Below, piece after piece: positions 40,690 through 55,800 of a stretch of DNA of 64,000 bases (positions are counted from its first letter, which is position 1; each line of letters starts with the position of its first letter). Source of the DNA: Takakia lepidozioides (Eukaryota; Plantae; Bryophyta). A program made the position numbers and the translations under genes. The notes below the pieces were generated by a model. The model was given only the letters and a program-made list of their open reading frames with translations. It was not told where the DNA came from and searched no databases. The stretch covers positions 28,210,001-28,274,000 of the forward strand of contig CM060733.1 in assembly GCA_030704615.1 (NCBI GenBank), read 5' to 3'.

Positions 40690-41783
40690 TAGGCTTCTTG
40701 TCCTGTTCTTGTATTTGTCTCTGACAAATTGAAAGCATGCAATACTGCAATAAGCTTCTTATCCTATTCTTGTAGTTGTCTCAGACAAATTGAAAATCTT
40801 TTTTTAACGTGATGGCAGTCCTTTCTGGTAAGGTGAGGCCCTGTATGCAATTTTTTGTGGTGAACGATGCATTTAGTTCATTAGTCGAAGATCAAATTAG
40901 TTTGATGTGATGTAATGCATGTTCAATCACAACATTTGGATTGTCATACTTATTTCATTTCAACTGCAACAGACTCTGTCAACAGGACACCAGCCGCACA
41001 TAAACCAGCTTACCTACATGTATGGAAACTGGAATCAGTATGTAGTTACACCTTTTGTAGTAGGGAATGGGATTGTCACCGTGTTTCAGAGTCTTTCACA
41101 GGAGGTAAGGTGACTGTGAACTGATGCGAGGCCAGCAGGCCAGGCATCAGTGGACTTCATGGAACCCTGTAAGAGACAGTGAGAATCCCATTCACTTGCA
41201 TAAAAGATAGGCATGCGACACAGAATATGTCACTGGAGATTACAGCCATATTCCTGGAAAGAAAGCACCACTACCAAGGGAATCATCCAACCCTATCTTT
41301 TATGTTTCATAAATGTATCGGAGAAACAAGCTCTTGAGGTGTGCCAATTGAAACATGTAAACTATTGGAACTCGTCCCAATGGCCATGACCGCCAACAAG
41401 AAGCGTCAAAACCAACAGAAAAACAGGTTCAGACATCCTCCTGGTTCAGTTAACTCAAGCAGACTGCTCCAGGTCGCAATTGCACTAAAAACCCAACTGA
41501 GTAGCTGACTCTGTTGTAGTCCTCAACCTTTTGCACTCAAGAATAGACCGGAAGAACTCCGAGACTAGGGATTTAGGAATTTTACATGATAGAAAGCCTC
41601 GACCAAAGTTCCTAGGGCAAGCCACATGCTCTGCAGTATCCAATTGCGGGCATTTCGATCTGGAAAACCATCTCTCCACTACTGTCTGCACTCTGGACCT
41701 AATCATCTCCAAATACCTGCGGGAATGTGAGGCAATGGGAATGACATTCGAGAGAACTAAGACTGATGATGTACCTAGAATTT

Positions 41784-42617
41784 TCACAACTGGCCACCTT
41801 CCGAGCTGCTGCTGGTACCCTTCTTCTTTGCAAAGTACGCATCAGCGCGGGCTTGGTTTTTAACATATCCTGCTGGAAACCACTTCTTCCTGCCCGGTAC
41901 GTGAACGGAAGAGCAACCTATTGATTCCAACTTCTCCTTGGCAGCCGTCGAAAAGGCTCCAGCTTTGATTGTCAGCTTGATGTCAAGCTCCCCATCACTC
42001 AAAACCTTTAATCGAAGTCTTCGGTCCCGCCCGCTCGGGTTGATGGTACCTCTTTCCTTCAAAGATTCCAGTGACACCTCATCGCCCTCTTTAAATCCAG
42101 CGGCTGCTATGTCACTCAAATTCACTGCAACGTACTTTGGTAGACCAGCTCCCATACCTCCAGCAATACCTCTGAGCTTGGGAAGGCGACGATACAAGGG
42201 CATCTGTCCTCCTTCAAACCCCGGGCGCACACCTGACCCTGACCTGGATTTTTGGCCCCTCATACCGAACCCACAACTGGCACCCTGCCCTGCAGCAATA
42301 CCACGCCCCTTTCTCTTTTGCCTGTGCCTTGACCCTGGCTGCGGCGACAGGTTATTGAGCCGGAACCTCTCCTCCGCACCCACTTCTTCATCGACGGTCT
42401 GGGCTTGTGCTACCACCACAGCTCTTCGTGCATTACCGGCGGTGGGGATAGTAGACGATTTCACAAGTTTTTGCCCCCTTGCAAACGAGCATCCGAAGGA
42501 CCCTCCTTTCAGACTGGCTGCATTGCTTTTCAGACACGACTGCAAACCCACCGATGGTCTGTACAGATGGGAAACAGACGCCCCAGCTGCTGCCATTGGG
42601 GAGGATAGCGAGGCCAT
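41784..42617 (-). CDS. RPL15: Plastid 50S ribosomal protein L15 (uL15c) with transit peptide, intronless CDS
   Basis: RFRLNNLSPQPGS, RKGRGIAAGQGASCGFGMRGQKSRSG, GFEGGQMPLYRRLPKLRG; S/A-rich N-terminus. Confidence 0.97.
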   Translation of the reverse strand: MASLSSPMAAAGASVSHLYRPSVGLQSCLKSNAASLKGGSFGCSFARGQKLVKSSTIPTAGNARRAVVVAQAQTVDEEVGAEERFRLNNLSPQPGSRHRQKRKGRGIAAGQGASCGFGMRGQKSRSGSGVRPGFEGGQMPLYRRLPKLRGIAGGMGAGLPKYVAVNLSDIAAAGFKEGDEVSLESLKERGTINPSGRDRRLRLKVLSDGELDIKLTIKAGAFSTAAKEKLESIGCSSVHVPGRKKWFPAGYVKNQARADAYFAKKKGTSSSSEGGQL

Positions 42618-43995
42618 GGCGTTCCTAGAAGAGCATCTCCAGTTCTCTCAACGACAAGAAAGAGAACCTTATCCTTCATCCCTTTGAGCCTTCTTTCAAG
42701 ATCTCGTTTGAGGATCTTGAGGCTCTTTGCTAGTCAGGTCCCAAAATACCTTAATACTTAATACTACCTGCGTTCATACACAAGAGCCCATAAAAATCCT
42801 CTGGGTGAGATGGCATTCATGATTTGAGGGAATAAGCATCTGTGCATTCTCAAAGCTACAAAATGGAGGGATTCTCATGGTTTATGTCGGAGTCGTGTAC
42901 TACATAAAACAAGTTTATGTTGCTTTGCAAAAGGCTCAAGCTCAATCTATTTTACGTCGGGCAGAGGTTGCTGGGGCAGCTTCATCCTTTCCTGTTGTCT
43001 GACCTTCTTCAGGCTGTAGGTGATACTAGAATAGTTTGATTTCTTTATTTGTGTTAATATATCTAGCTCTACGAGCTTTGGTTGTTTCCTCCTGGGGACA
43101 GTTACACCCATTTGTACAATCACCCCACTTGGGTCTTTTTATAAAGCTATGCAAGGTTATATACATACAAGCACATTCGCTTTTCTTATGCTTTTGGATG
43201 CAACTGCCAAACATCACTCTGGTCATTCCTCTTCTCTGCTAGTCAAGAATACCCTGCTTTTTGAAGAGGTACTCTTCTTTTTTCTCGTTCCCACATATCT
43301 CAACATTACAAGGCAATACTTGATTTGCAACCCACAACTTCACTAATGAAATAGACATACATTGCCCGAGCCTGTGTTTCTTCCAACTTGCAAGACACAT
43401 AACAGTGTACTGGGAGAAAATTTCCAGTATCCCAAGATGGGATCTCAATTGGACAACTGCAATTCTCTGATATTTTTGGAAGTTTGTATTGAACGAAAAC
43501 AAACTGAGGCTTTCTTTTTTAGGCAAAATAATATTCACACATTTGAGACTCATGCTCAAGAACAAGATGTCACTTCCACTCCAGGTCTTAGAGAACTTGA
43601 AGAACCAACTTGCAGCCTACTTTGCTGGCTGTCAGCACCAGGTGACATGGTGAGCAGCCATGCATACACAGTCAGCTTCCTCACACTTGTGAAATCAACA
43701 AAGAAAATCAAACCCTGGTAATCATTGAAACCAATCCTCCCCACAATATAATTGAAAACCCAAAAGGCTCTACTTGATAAGATGCTGTGAAGTCCCTGTA
43801 TACAATTAGAGGGGTCAAAACAATTTCATTTATGCTATTCATAACTATTTCGACTCATTGAATCTGGTTTATTTTTGTATAATGGACAACCAGTGCGGTC
43901 AAACAATGTCTATTCATAACTACTTCAACTCATCAAAGGTGGTATCTAGGCAAAAAATTGATTTCTGACCCTAGCTTGAAGTCCTCCCTCCCCAC

Positions 43996-45774
<1,779 letters not shown>

Positions 45775-45908
45775 TCATTCAGTATTACCCCAAACTTGCA
45801 CCTGAACTGCTTTTCTTCGTCCTTACTTCGTCCTTACTTCGTCCTCTTCGGAATCCTTCAACGAAGAGGGGGTTGTTCGTGTCCATAAATTGCAAAGAGC
45901 CCTCCTCA

Positions 45909-46213
45909 GATCTATCTTTTGAGCTCTCCACTAGATGTCTTTCGACAATTTTTCAGCTTTTGTACTACCAAGTTTTCGTGCTCCTTTGTAAAGGATTTTG
46001 AGTGCATCAGATGTCCTCTCCGAACTTCAGATGCCTTGATCATCTATTGCATGGACTGCGATCTATCTTTTGAGCTCTCCACTAGATGTCTTCCGACAAT
46101 TTTTCAGCTTTTGTACTAACAAGTTTTCGTGCTGCTTGGTAAAGGATTTTGAGTGCATTGATAGATGTGCTCTCCGAACCTCAGATGCCTTGATCATCTA
46201 TTGCATGGACTGC
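45909..46213. repeat. Tandem duplication of a ~151-bp unit (2 copies)
   Basis: gatctatcttttgagctctccactagatgtc...ctattgcatggactgc at 45909-46059 and 46060-46213, with scattered substitutions and a small indel. Confidence 0.92.
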
Positions 46214-47100
46214 TTTAGATGCATGCAGCTTGTTCATCAGCCAGATCCGAATGTGAAGCACGTAAAGAACAAAACATCCAAATCCCAGGATCCATCCGAA
46301 CACATACGCAACCCACCAAGCGGCGCTGAAGGGTTCCTTCCCCAATGCCTTGCTCGCCACCACTGACATTATACTGGTGAACACAACGATGGTGATGGCC
46401 CCACACAGTAGCACAGCTATTATGATTCCCACCGGCCAGGGAGTAGTTATTACTGCTAGTTGGTTCATTCCTTGCTGTGATTGTTCTTCGTCAGAGAGAA
46501 ATTCCTTCTTGCACTTACAGAGTTTCTGGAGAGAGATTTTGAGAGGCAGTTGCAGCGCTATCATAAGAGCTTATATATCATACTTCACCCTCTGACCTTC
46601 CTTCTCCTCCCTCACAGGAAGGCGAAAACATGCTTGCTCTGGAAGAGAGAAGAGTTTTGCATGGACGACGCACAGTTAACATTCCGCCGGCTGCATATCG
46701 TTCTTCGTGCAACTCTCTTGATCAAAGTTTCTGAACGATAATTCATTTCTTCGTCGGCTCCGCTACTGTATCTTCTGCTGTATCTCAGGCTCTTCTTCTC
46801 CAAAGGGAAAGTACTTGGGCGGACATGTGGAGCATGGCTTCCCGGAAGATCCCAATGTGCGGCAGGATACGAACCGGCCATTGAGGCATACACTGGAAAT
46901 CTGAAAGCACAACTGCAAACCAGTAAGAGTATCATCAAAGAGTGATTGGGTCTCGATTGGAATCTCTCTAGAAGCTTGTTGGGGATGTCATTACTCACTA
47001 CGGTATGACGATAGAAGGCATACTGGTTGTGCCGAGCAAACTTCAGGAGGGAGTTGGGCGACACATGCCCAATTCCAACCAATGTGGAGTTGTCCGTAAC
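46181..47100 (-). pseudogene. Broken or remnant membrane-protein gene of unknown family
   Basis: Two discontinuous ORFs (46612-47082, 46181-46564). The latter has two clear hydrophobic helices (VGIIIAVLLCGAITIVVFTSIMSVV; WWVAYVFGWILGFGCFVLYVL). Confidence 0.4.
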
Positions 47101-47439
47101 GCTACCCTTGTCAAATGTGTGGGGCGTTCAAACGCGACATACACCATTAACAGACTCGAGTGCACCTGGGCATATTCTCACTGGTTGGGCAGAGCAAGGA
47201 CATTTGTGTGCGCACCAAAATAATACTCCAGATACTATATCCACACTTGAAAAAGGATCTCCTGCACGCCTAGTAATCTACTGGATCGTTACTTGAACGA
47301 AATGAAGGGGTGGGAGAGATTCATTGCAGGCCCTTCCCCTATTTAGTAAGCTAAAAGTCATACACTGGCACGGACTTCACCAGATTGGCTCAACATAGAT
47401 TCAAAAGAGAAAGAAGTTCCATAAAATTGCTGACCTTTC

Positions 47440-50000
47440 AAACAAGTCCTTTTGCAGCTCACCAGTTTTATCCATAACACGCAAGTGCCATAGTACGTTG
47501 CCACGCCCTATTTCGAGTTGATAGTCATGGTTATGAGACCCAAGCACAGTGTTAAAAACAAGCTGGCATATAACTGCCTTCAAAGAATATAATGAAGGAG
47601 CCACACTGGGATTGTACCTTGATCACTGATATAGGCCACCTCCCGACCACTGGCTGCATGTAGCATTTGAACCTCATCTTTGCATTAGGCAAATACTCGG
47701 CCATGACGAACCAGAAGACAGATTCCGAGTTCATAACAACTAGTTAATTGATATATCCCTCCTGGCAGGCTGGCTGTATGCTTGAGTCACATGTTCAAAG
47801 CTTACAGTCTCCTCATTTAGGTCTTTCATGAAGCTTCACAGAGGTTTAATAAATAAAGGAAGCTTATAAGGATTTCTTTGGTCAAGAGCTCCATTGTCCT
47901 CTTAAGGAGAGAACACCCATCGGTGCTTTTCTCCTGATGTACCTTTCCCCCCAGTCAATACTGCATGAGAAGATGTTAGCTTCACCAGCTAATACCCATT
48001 TGCAGTGGAGGGCTCCCTCATATGTTTAGAATTTAGTGTCTACTTCCACCCTGTTCATTTAGTTCACTTAAGTTTATCCTGTGACATGAGAGTCAACGTC
48101 CCCTTGGATCAAGGGTCACCTGCTGGGTATGGACACAACATGGGCGTTTTAGGGCCTAGAGTTGAAGAATCCTGAGACGAAAGATGATGACTCACTGTCC
48201 ATTAGGGTTGTAGACAACTGCGTTCCAATTGAGGTAGTTCAAGTAGCAGGGAGCATCTCCCTGGCACCATGATTTTCCGCACCCATGACCACATCCCATC
48301 GGCTCCTACCAGTAGCTTATTAGCTCGAACAACTACACTGCCAGAGGCCCCCACCATGCCTTTTGCAGTTGTCCGAAACTCGACGTCCACACCTCCCTGC
48401 AAAATGTGCGAGCTAATGAGCACCTTCCAGGCTCTGGGGTCGCCTCTGGGATCCCCCCCTAGCTGTGAAAACAATGCCATATAAGGGTCCATGGGAGTAG
48501 TCAGTGGTCAAACCAGTGCTAAGGATTGAGCAATTCACACTGAGTTTTCGTACATGGCATTTGGAGCCTGGGGCATTCGAGGTATGAGTAAGAATACACT
48601 AAGTATGATCGGATTATATTTAGTTGAATGAGATTGAGTTGCGTGCGCAATCTGCTCCTGAAGGATACTAGGTTATAATTATAGTTCTATAATGCTCGAG
48701 ATCCCAGGAGTTTCATATGTGGTCATGCAAACTTTAGATTGTGGGATGCGAGAAAGAAAGTTGGGTGGTGAGAAAGACAAGAGTTGGACCAGCAAATTCG
48801 GATCATGGATAAATAACTAAATCTCTTATACTGTTCCACATTCCTGTGAGAGGAAGAACTTACAGGAGCAGGTCTATAAGGAACGAAGCGATGATCGCAG
48901 TGAATGCTCGACTTGTCCACAAGGCTTGCCAAGAGCTCCTGCTAGAAGCGCCAGCCAATCGTGACAAAATACGACCTTGTGTGTTATAGGGATGACGAGG
49001 TCCTTCTCGCCGCTTCTTCTTATAATTTTCTTGATGCACACATTTTTATTGCCATAATGCTAGTCCAGGATATACCCCGTTCAGTGCCGTTATACCTGCA
49101 GGCGATGTATTCCAAGGGCAGGTTATGCTACACGATCTTCGAATACCAGATCAAAATTCCTACCTTTCGGAAGAGAATTCCGATGTCCAGAGGACTATCT
49201 GCTAGACTTGGGCCATATATAGTTTGACCTTGCAAAGTATGGACCTTTCATTGGACCTTGGATCACCGAGGTCATTATACCTGGACCAAATGTTGCCCAC
49301 ATGGCAAATGATTTCTCCAGACCTGTATGTTTACATCTTAGTTTTCAGGCGACAGTGCACACAATTATGTGGTTCGTTGAAGTACTCCAGTGTTGTTGCT
49401 TGCACTGTTCACTAGCGATAAATTGAAGAGGACTGTATTCCTGTAGATCCGGTCTTGTGTGGGGAGATTTGAGCTTCTGCTGCTAGTATCAGTTAATGCA
49501 CTCTCCTGCGAGAACCCTACAACTGCATTCTCCTCTTGTACTTGAATATTCAACGCACCTCACATGTTGCTGGCCAACATTGCTTGTATAATGCAGCGTA
49601 TATATGTGCATTATGGAGTCATGATTCCGGTCAGAGCCGAAATTGGGTGCGAACTTAAATTCGACCAAACTGGACTGCATGATTCTGCCCAATTCACCTC
49701 TACTATATCCACAATTTGCATGTCTGGATTTATTCCTCGTTCATGGGCGATGTTTGTTACCACAGAGGTCTCAGGAGTTCTGAACTACTGATATCACTTG
49801 ATTCATTCAATCCTTAAAGAGTGTCCATCCGATGGCACATACCGTTGAGAGCCAGGTTAATGCCAGTGGCGGAGTCAGTGCGAAGAGCAGGAGCTTTTTC
49901 GAACACATGAGCCTGTATGCCTCTCAATGTTAACCCTGTGGAGTTGTAACGAGTGCCTGCACCCACAGTTCTGGCCGTGTAGAGAGAGACCCAGCAGCAG
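47440..50000 (-). pseudogene. FAD-dependent monooxygenase (salicylate hydroxylase / MO1-like) pseudogene
   Basis: Ordered fragments: degenerate Rossmann start VGAG...LRGIQAHVFEKAPALRTDSATGINLALNG (~49840-49975), LASLVDKSSIHCDHRF (~48885-48935), LLVGADGMWSWVRK (DG motif, ~48270-48330). Frames are broken and no GD motif is visible. Confidence 0.75.
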
Positions 50001-51671
50001 ACCAGGGTCCTGCACCACTCATCAGTCCCAAGCCGTGCCACCAGCTTCTGGGGCCCTGTTGGCATCCCTACTTCCACATTCCACACCTCCTTCATCATTG
50101 TTGTATTCATGCTCACAGGCAGTGACCTCGCCAGTGTGAAGTGCATAAAGTACATCTCCGAGGACGTTAACCCTTAAGTGGTATATCGACCCATTTTGGG
50201 TCGGTCAGGTTTACTAAACTGCCATTACTCCCTCTGGTTAAGCCTGATTAGCCCTCACAAGGGCTCATTTGACTTTTTCCTTCAAATGGCATTGGCCAAT
50301 TGGCCAATGCCTCAAAGGGTTGCCAGGTGGAGCCCGCCAAGTGGGGCACACGCAGCTTTTTGGAGGGGATTTGGCCCCCCTAACCTGCCCAGGTTGCAGA
50401 CGTGGCAACCACGGTCAGGTTAGGGTGAACATAGGATACCCCATGAAGCTGGGGGCGGCACATTTCCCCAAACCCCTTGAATGCTGGGCGGGTGAAATGA
50501 TGGCCCTACAGGTCTGGGCATTCCCAGGCCTGGGCCCTAGCCTGAATCGACGGCGATGGCAGCTCCGGCCAAGACCATGCAGGCCGGGAGGGAGTGCAGC
50601 CGCGATGGCGGCAGAGCTCGGGGGTCGAGGAAACTCCCATGAGTCAAACCTAGGGCGGGGGTTTAATAGGGTTGAGGGTGGAGTGGCCCCCCATGAATGA
50701 AAGCAGGGCCGGGTAGCCAGAGGAGCTCCCAAAACGGCAAGTAATAAATGAGGCCCCGGAGTTCAATGCTCCCTCAGCGGGCCTGCCTGCGTGGCCCCAC
50801 CCCCCTCGTTGTGCCGCCGAGCCTGCCGCCCCCAACCCCTCCACCCCCCGTGCCGGGTCCATCCCTCGCCATAACACTGTCATACAATCTCAGCACTGTC
50901 ATTACTGTATTGAACTGTATTATAGTACTGTACACATGCATAATGCATGCCCCATGAATACCTCATCATAGACGCACCGTCCTATAGCGCAATCATAGCA
51001 TAGACATTCAGTTGTCCGTGGGACTTCCCCATGGGGTTGACACATGCGTGCACTCATGCGGAGGGGGACGCTTCGCATGCGAGACGTTTTGCTTCACTCT
51101 TCACTATTGACGTCCACTCGTTTTCAGGCACTATTCATGTCGCTTGAACGCTTCTATATTCTTCATATCGACCCCGTCCTCAGTCTGTGGGAGGAGAATC
51201 TGCAGAAACAAGTGGGACGTTCTTTCCATGCAAAGGATTTCACATGTTGGTGTCATCCGTAAGTACTTGCTCTCCTGTCCCCCATGTTTCTGCTGCACAC
51301 CTTTGCCGGGGTTAAACGAAGCAGTCTCCCGAGTGTACGCATTCAGAGATTTTATTGTTATCCTTTCCTGCTGTCGTTGCTGTTGTTGGCCCTCTCTTCA
51401 GATTTTCTGGTAATTTGTATGGCATCCCCGGGGTGGCGGGGAGGTTCAAATCCTTCATCGTTTTTGCTTTAGGGTTTCACTGTACATACTGTCTTTCCTC
51501 TTGCAGCACTGTTGCACGTGCCTGTAGTCCATTCTGTTTTCCCTGTCGATTTGCTGCGTCGCTCCTGGATCGTTGCTTCCACACTCCGAATCTCGTTTAC
51601 TTTCAAGAGCTCGCTTTTACCATTTCTGTTGCCGATACTTGTGGTGGAGGCGCTCCACTTGGACTTGCGAT

Positions 51672-52131
51672 ATGGTCAAAAAATCGACCATGGTGGAAGC
51701 CCGTCGGATGTACCAAGAGGAGTACGAAGACGACGAGTGGGAGGAATTGATCTGCGAGGCCCACATGAAGGCAAGGTTTGAGGAACCCGATTGTAATAAC
51801 AAGAAGCCCTTCAAATGCATTTTCTGTAATAGGATCTATAAAGACAAAAAAAAACTAAACATTCACTGGATAAACGGATGTGATGCTCATCAGTACAAGG
51901 GTGCCCCTAAACTCAAAATGTACCCTGTTTTTGAGGTGGCCCAGAGGGCGGTCTATGAGGCTGTTCTCACCAAGCACGGTCTGACGCCTCGAAAAAACTC
52001 CCGTCCGCAAAAGGTGGATGTGGATAAGGGCGATATGGTTGTGGACCTACTTGACAGCGGTGATGAGGAATTCGCAGACATGCCACCTTTGAAGGTGCGG
52101 AAGAAGGGCTTGTGTCTACAAAAGAATGAGG
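51672..52131 (+). CDS. C2HC/C2H2-like zinc-finger ORF, probably a TE-derived fragment
   Basis: KPFKCIFCNRIYKDKKKLNIHWINGC (C-x2-C-x12-H-x4-C), acidic patches, VVDLLDS SIM-like motif; donor G|GTCAGT at ~52131. Confidence 0.5.
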
Positions 52132-52241
52132 GTCAGTCTGTAAAGAGAGTAGACCTGTCAATTATCAAACCCAGTGTTGCATTGAAAGAACAAAGCTGTT
52201 ACTTTTTGACTGGTTTGATGATACACTTTCATATGCTGCAG

Positions 52242-52482
52242 ATTTCTTGTGGATACAGCAGAACTGGGAATGGAGATGACACAGGGAGAGAGTGGATTGT
52301 ATGAGAAGGCAGAAATTGAGAGGGCAGTGAGGGTTCTGATGAGAGAGGATCAAGGAGTGGTCATCAGAAGCAGGATGAAAGCTATGGGAGACCTGGCATG
52401 GGCAGCCTTTGCTGATGGAGGATTCTCTAATAGGAATTTGGAGGCATATGTGAATGAACTTAAGTTGGCCATCCCTATCTAA
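52242..52482 (+). pseudogene. Orphan last exon of a UDP-glycosyltransferase
   Basis: ctgcag|A then FLVDTAELG...EIERAVRVLM...GGFSNRNLEAYVNEL*; no PSPG box or upstream exons present. Confidence 0.85.
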
Positions 52483-52839
52483 CATCTCTTCGCAAGCAGA
52501 GTAGTGTAAGGTATCAGTATCTGCAATTGTTGTGACTAACAAACAAAGATAGACACATTAAAAGTAACTTTATGTTTGGAGATGCTTTTAATTTTAGGAA
52601 AAGTAAGTCCATTGTAGGATTACTTTGTATATAAAAAAAAATAGGTATAAAAGGCAGTCTTTTATAGATTGCTTTTAGCCTAGCTAGAATTATATAAGAA
52701 GCTCGGGGCTGAACCATAGAGTTGTTGTTTTATGACACACTCTAGTTTGTGGTGGTTTCAGGTCCCAGGCTTATTTTTCTACATACCTAAGTATAGGTTG
52801 TAATACTCAGTGATCGATGAGCTCTCCGGTAGTAAAGTG

Positions 52840-55800
52840 TGGTGTATAGCAACAAGGACTAGAAAGAATAAGCTAAAGTAAAGCTCTCCTCCCAACCATA
52901 GAAATCATTATCATTCTCTTACACTTCGACTAGTGGCTTCATCCCCGAGCTTGTACAAGGTGGTCTCTAGAAAATTTATTAGATCATCTCTATGATCTAC
53001 TTAGTCACTTCCTCTTCTTACTATGGTGGCCATCCACTTTCTAGCCATTCACCTTCCAATGGTGAGTTAAACAAGGTAGTCTCTTAGCCTTCTAGACCTT
53101 TGGCCTTCTAGACTCTTAGTTTTTTAGATATGTTTATTTACTTCCAACACTCCCAATCAATTAAACCATATTATTGAACTGTTTCGTTTGTCTTTGGAGA
53201 AGAAGCACCAAGTAAGCTGAACACTTGATGTGTTTTGTTTGTGGGAGACCTTTGTCAAAACATTCGCAACCATATGTTTTGTAGCACAATAGATCACTTT
53301 GATCTCTCATCTGCATACAACTTCCCGTATGTAGTGATGTTGCATTTCAATGTACTTCGTCCTTGAATGATACTTCGGATTCTGACTTAGTGCAATCACA
53401 CTTTGATTGTCACAAAAAAGAATTGCAGGTAGTAACTGGAGATGACCCAAATCTCCAAGCAACTTTCGTAACCAAATAGCCTATTTTGTTGTTTGTGTAC
53501 TCGATGTGTACTCAACTTTTGTTGATGACAACGCTATTGCACCTTGTCGTTTACTAAACCAAGATATAGCTCCATCTGCTAGGAGAAAACAATGGTCTGA
53601 AGTTGATTTTCTACTATCAACGTCTCCTGCCTAGTTAGCATCAGCAAACCCCAATAAGCTTGGATCTTCCACTCTCTTGTAGAGTAGACCAAATGTTGAT
53701 GTTTATCTTAGATATGAAAATATCCTCTTCACTGCTTTCCAATGGGTTTGTCCGGGATCTGAAATGAATTGTGAAACCACTCCCACTGAATGTGCAATGT
53801 CTGGCTAGTACAAACCATGCAGTACATTAAACTGTCAACTGCGCTTTAATAATGAGTCTTCCTTATATCCTCCTGCTCTTCTTGAGTCTTAGGTGTCATG
53901 TCCTTTGTAAGTTTCAAACCAATTTGGAGAGGAGTTGATGTTGGCTTATTCATCTCCAACTTAAACCTTTGTAGAAATGTCGTCTTAACATTCATTTGAT
54001 GAACGTCGTGATCATGTTGAGTTGCAAGAGCTAACAGTACTCTACTAGAAGAAATCTTCACCACTTGTGAGAAGGTTTCATTATAATCCACTCATTGAAC
54101 TTGTGCATAGCCTTTAGTTACGAGACGAGCTTTGTACCGGTAAAATAGATCCATCAGCTTTGTACTTCAACTTGAAGATCCACTTGTAACCAATGGCTCT
54201 GCGTCTTGCAGGCAACCTAGTGAATGTCCATGCTTTGTTTTGCATCAATGAATCCAACTCTGAATTGATTGCTTCTTCCCACTGTAGTTTATCTAGAGAG
54301 CACATCGCTTCCTCATATGTAGCAGGTTCAATCACTTGTGATGCTTCTTCCATAGCTTCAATGGCAGTCATAGATGTAATCAGCCTATTAGGAGCTTTTC
54401 TTTCCCGTTGAGATCTCCTAAGAACTGGCATATTTTCAACTTCATCTCTAGACTCCATATCAACTGGTGGTTGACCAACTTCACCTCCACGATTAACTCC
54501 ATCAACTTGAGCATCTCCACCATCTGCTTCAACCTTCTCTTGTATTGGCTCATCATAAGACTCTTCTTGGAAATGGTGCAATGGCTCTAAACTCATTCCC
54601 ATGTCATCTTCTCACACTACCAAAGAGGGTACGAAGTCTTCACCAAACACTACGTCCCTGCTGTGTTTGACAGCTTTAATTGTCTCATTGAACAACTTAT
54701 ATCCCTTCACACCTTATGTGTAGCTAATGAAGATGCATCTTTCGGTTTCAGAGTCAAGTTTCTTTCGCTTCTAAGTAGGAATTTGGACATATGCACGACA
54801 TCCAATTATCCTACAATGAGCTACACTAGGCTTCTGACCACTCCATACCTTTTCTGGTGTTTTTCCCAACACTGATTTTGTAGGTATTCAGTTGTGAAGA
54901 TATGCTGCAGTGCCAACAACTTCTGAAATATTTACTTCTTTCAACATACTCCTTGCATATTCTTGCAATGATCTATTCATCCGCTCATATACACCATTTT
55001 ACTTAGGTGTATATGGAACAGTAAGCTGTCGAGCTATTCCATTCTTTTGACAAAACTGATTGAAAACCTTTGAGATGTATTCACCACCATTGTCAGATCT
55101 CAAAGGCTCTTCGTCCACCATCCTTAGGAAATTGACTTTGATGTTGCTTCCCTTTCAGACAACCTTTGCATAGGCTCATGTCGTTCATCTCATTCAATGG
55201 TAGTCCTTCCACAAGATGGCTTGAGGGTTGCATCTGTCTCAACTTCTTAATGCTCACATGACCTAACATTCTATGCCACAACTCTGTTTTTGCCATGACC
55301 GGTGTAGATCCTAAGTGTGGTGAAAATGTGGTAAGAGCACTAGAGACATGATGTTGTAATCTATACAAGCAATTATCAAGAATAACTCTTGTTACCACAA
55401 CTCCTGAGCTATCTGTGATAGTACAGCTCTCATCTTGGAATATTACTCTGTATCATTTTGCAACAATTTGCCTTACAGACAGCAGGTTCTTTGTTGAAGT
55501 AGGAACATGACATTTTTCACCTCTATAGTTTTCCCTTCATCAAGCATAAGAGAGACTGAGTCTTCCCCACTAATGACATGTTTGTTATCATCTCCCAAAA
55601 GAACATATTGTGTAGGTGAAACAGATCCATAGGATAAAAAATGCTCTCTCTCTGAACTCATATGTTGAGATATTCCCGAATCAACATACAACACATGCTT
55701 CTGTCTATTAGTGGCTGAGAGAGACACAACAAATAGAACAACGTTCATTTGATGAGTAGCTATGTTCCCTTGACCCTCTCTGTCGCGCTCATCTGCAATG

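Noticed and set aside
41938-42687. 249-aa ORF antisense to RPL15
   Set aside because: Shadow frame of a conserved gene, non-ATG start, no domain features.
50269-50957. Overlapping P/G/A/R-rich ORFs (also 61770-62268)
   Set aside because: GC-rich low-complexity TE-like DNA that is depleted of stop codons.
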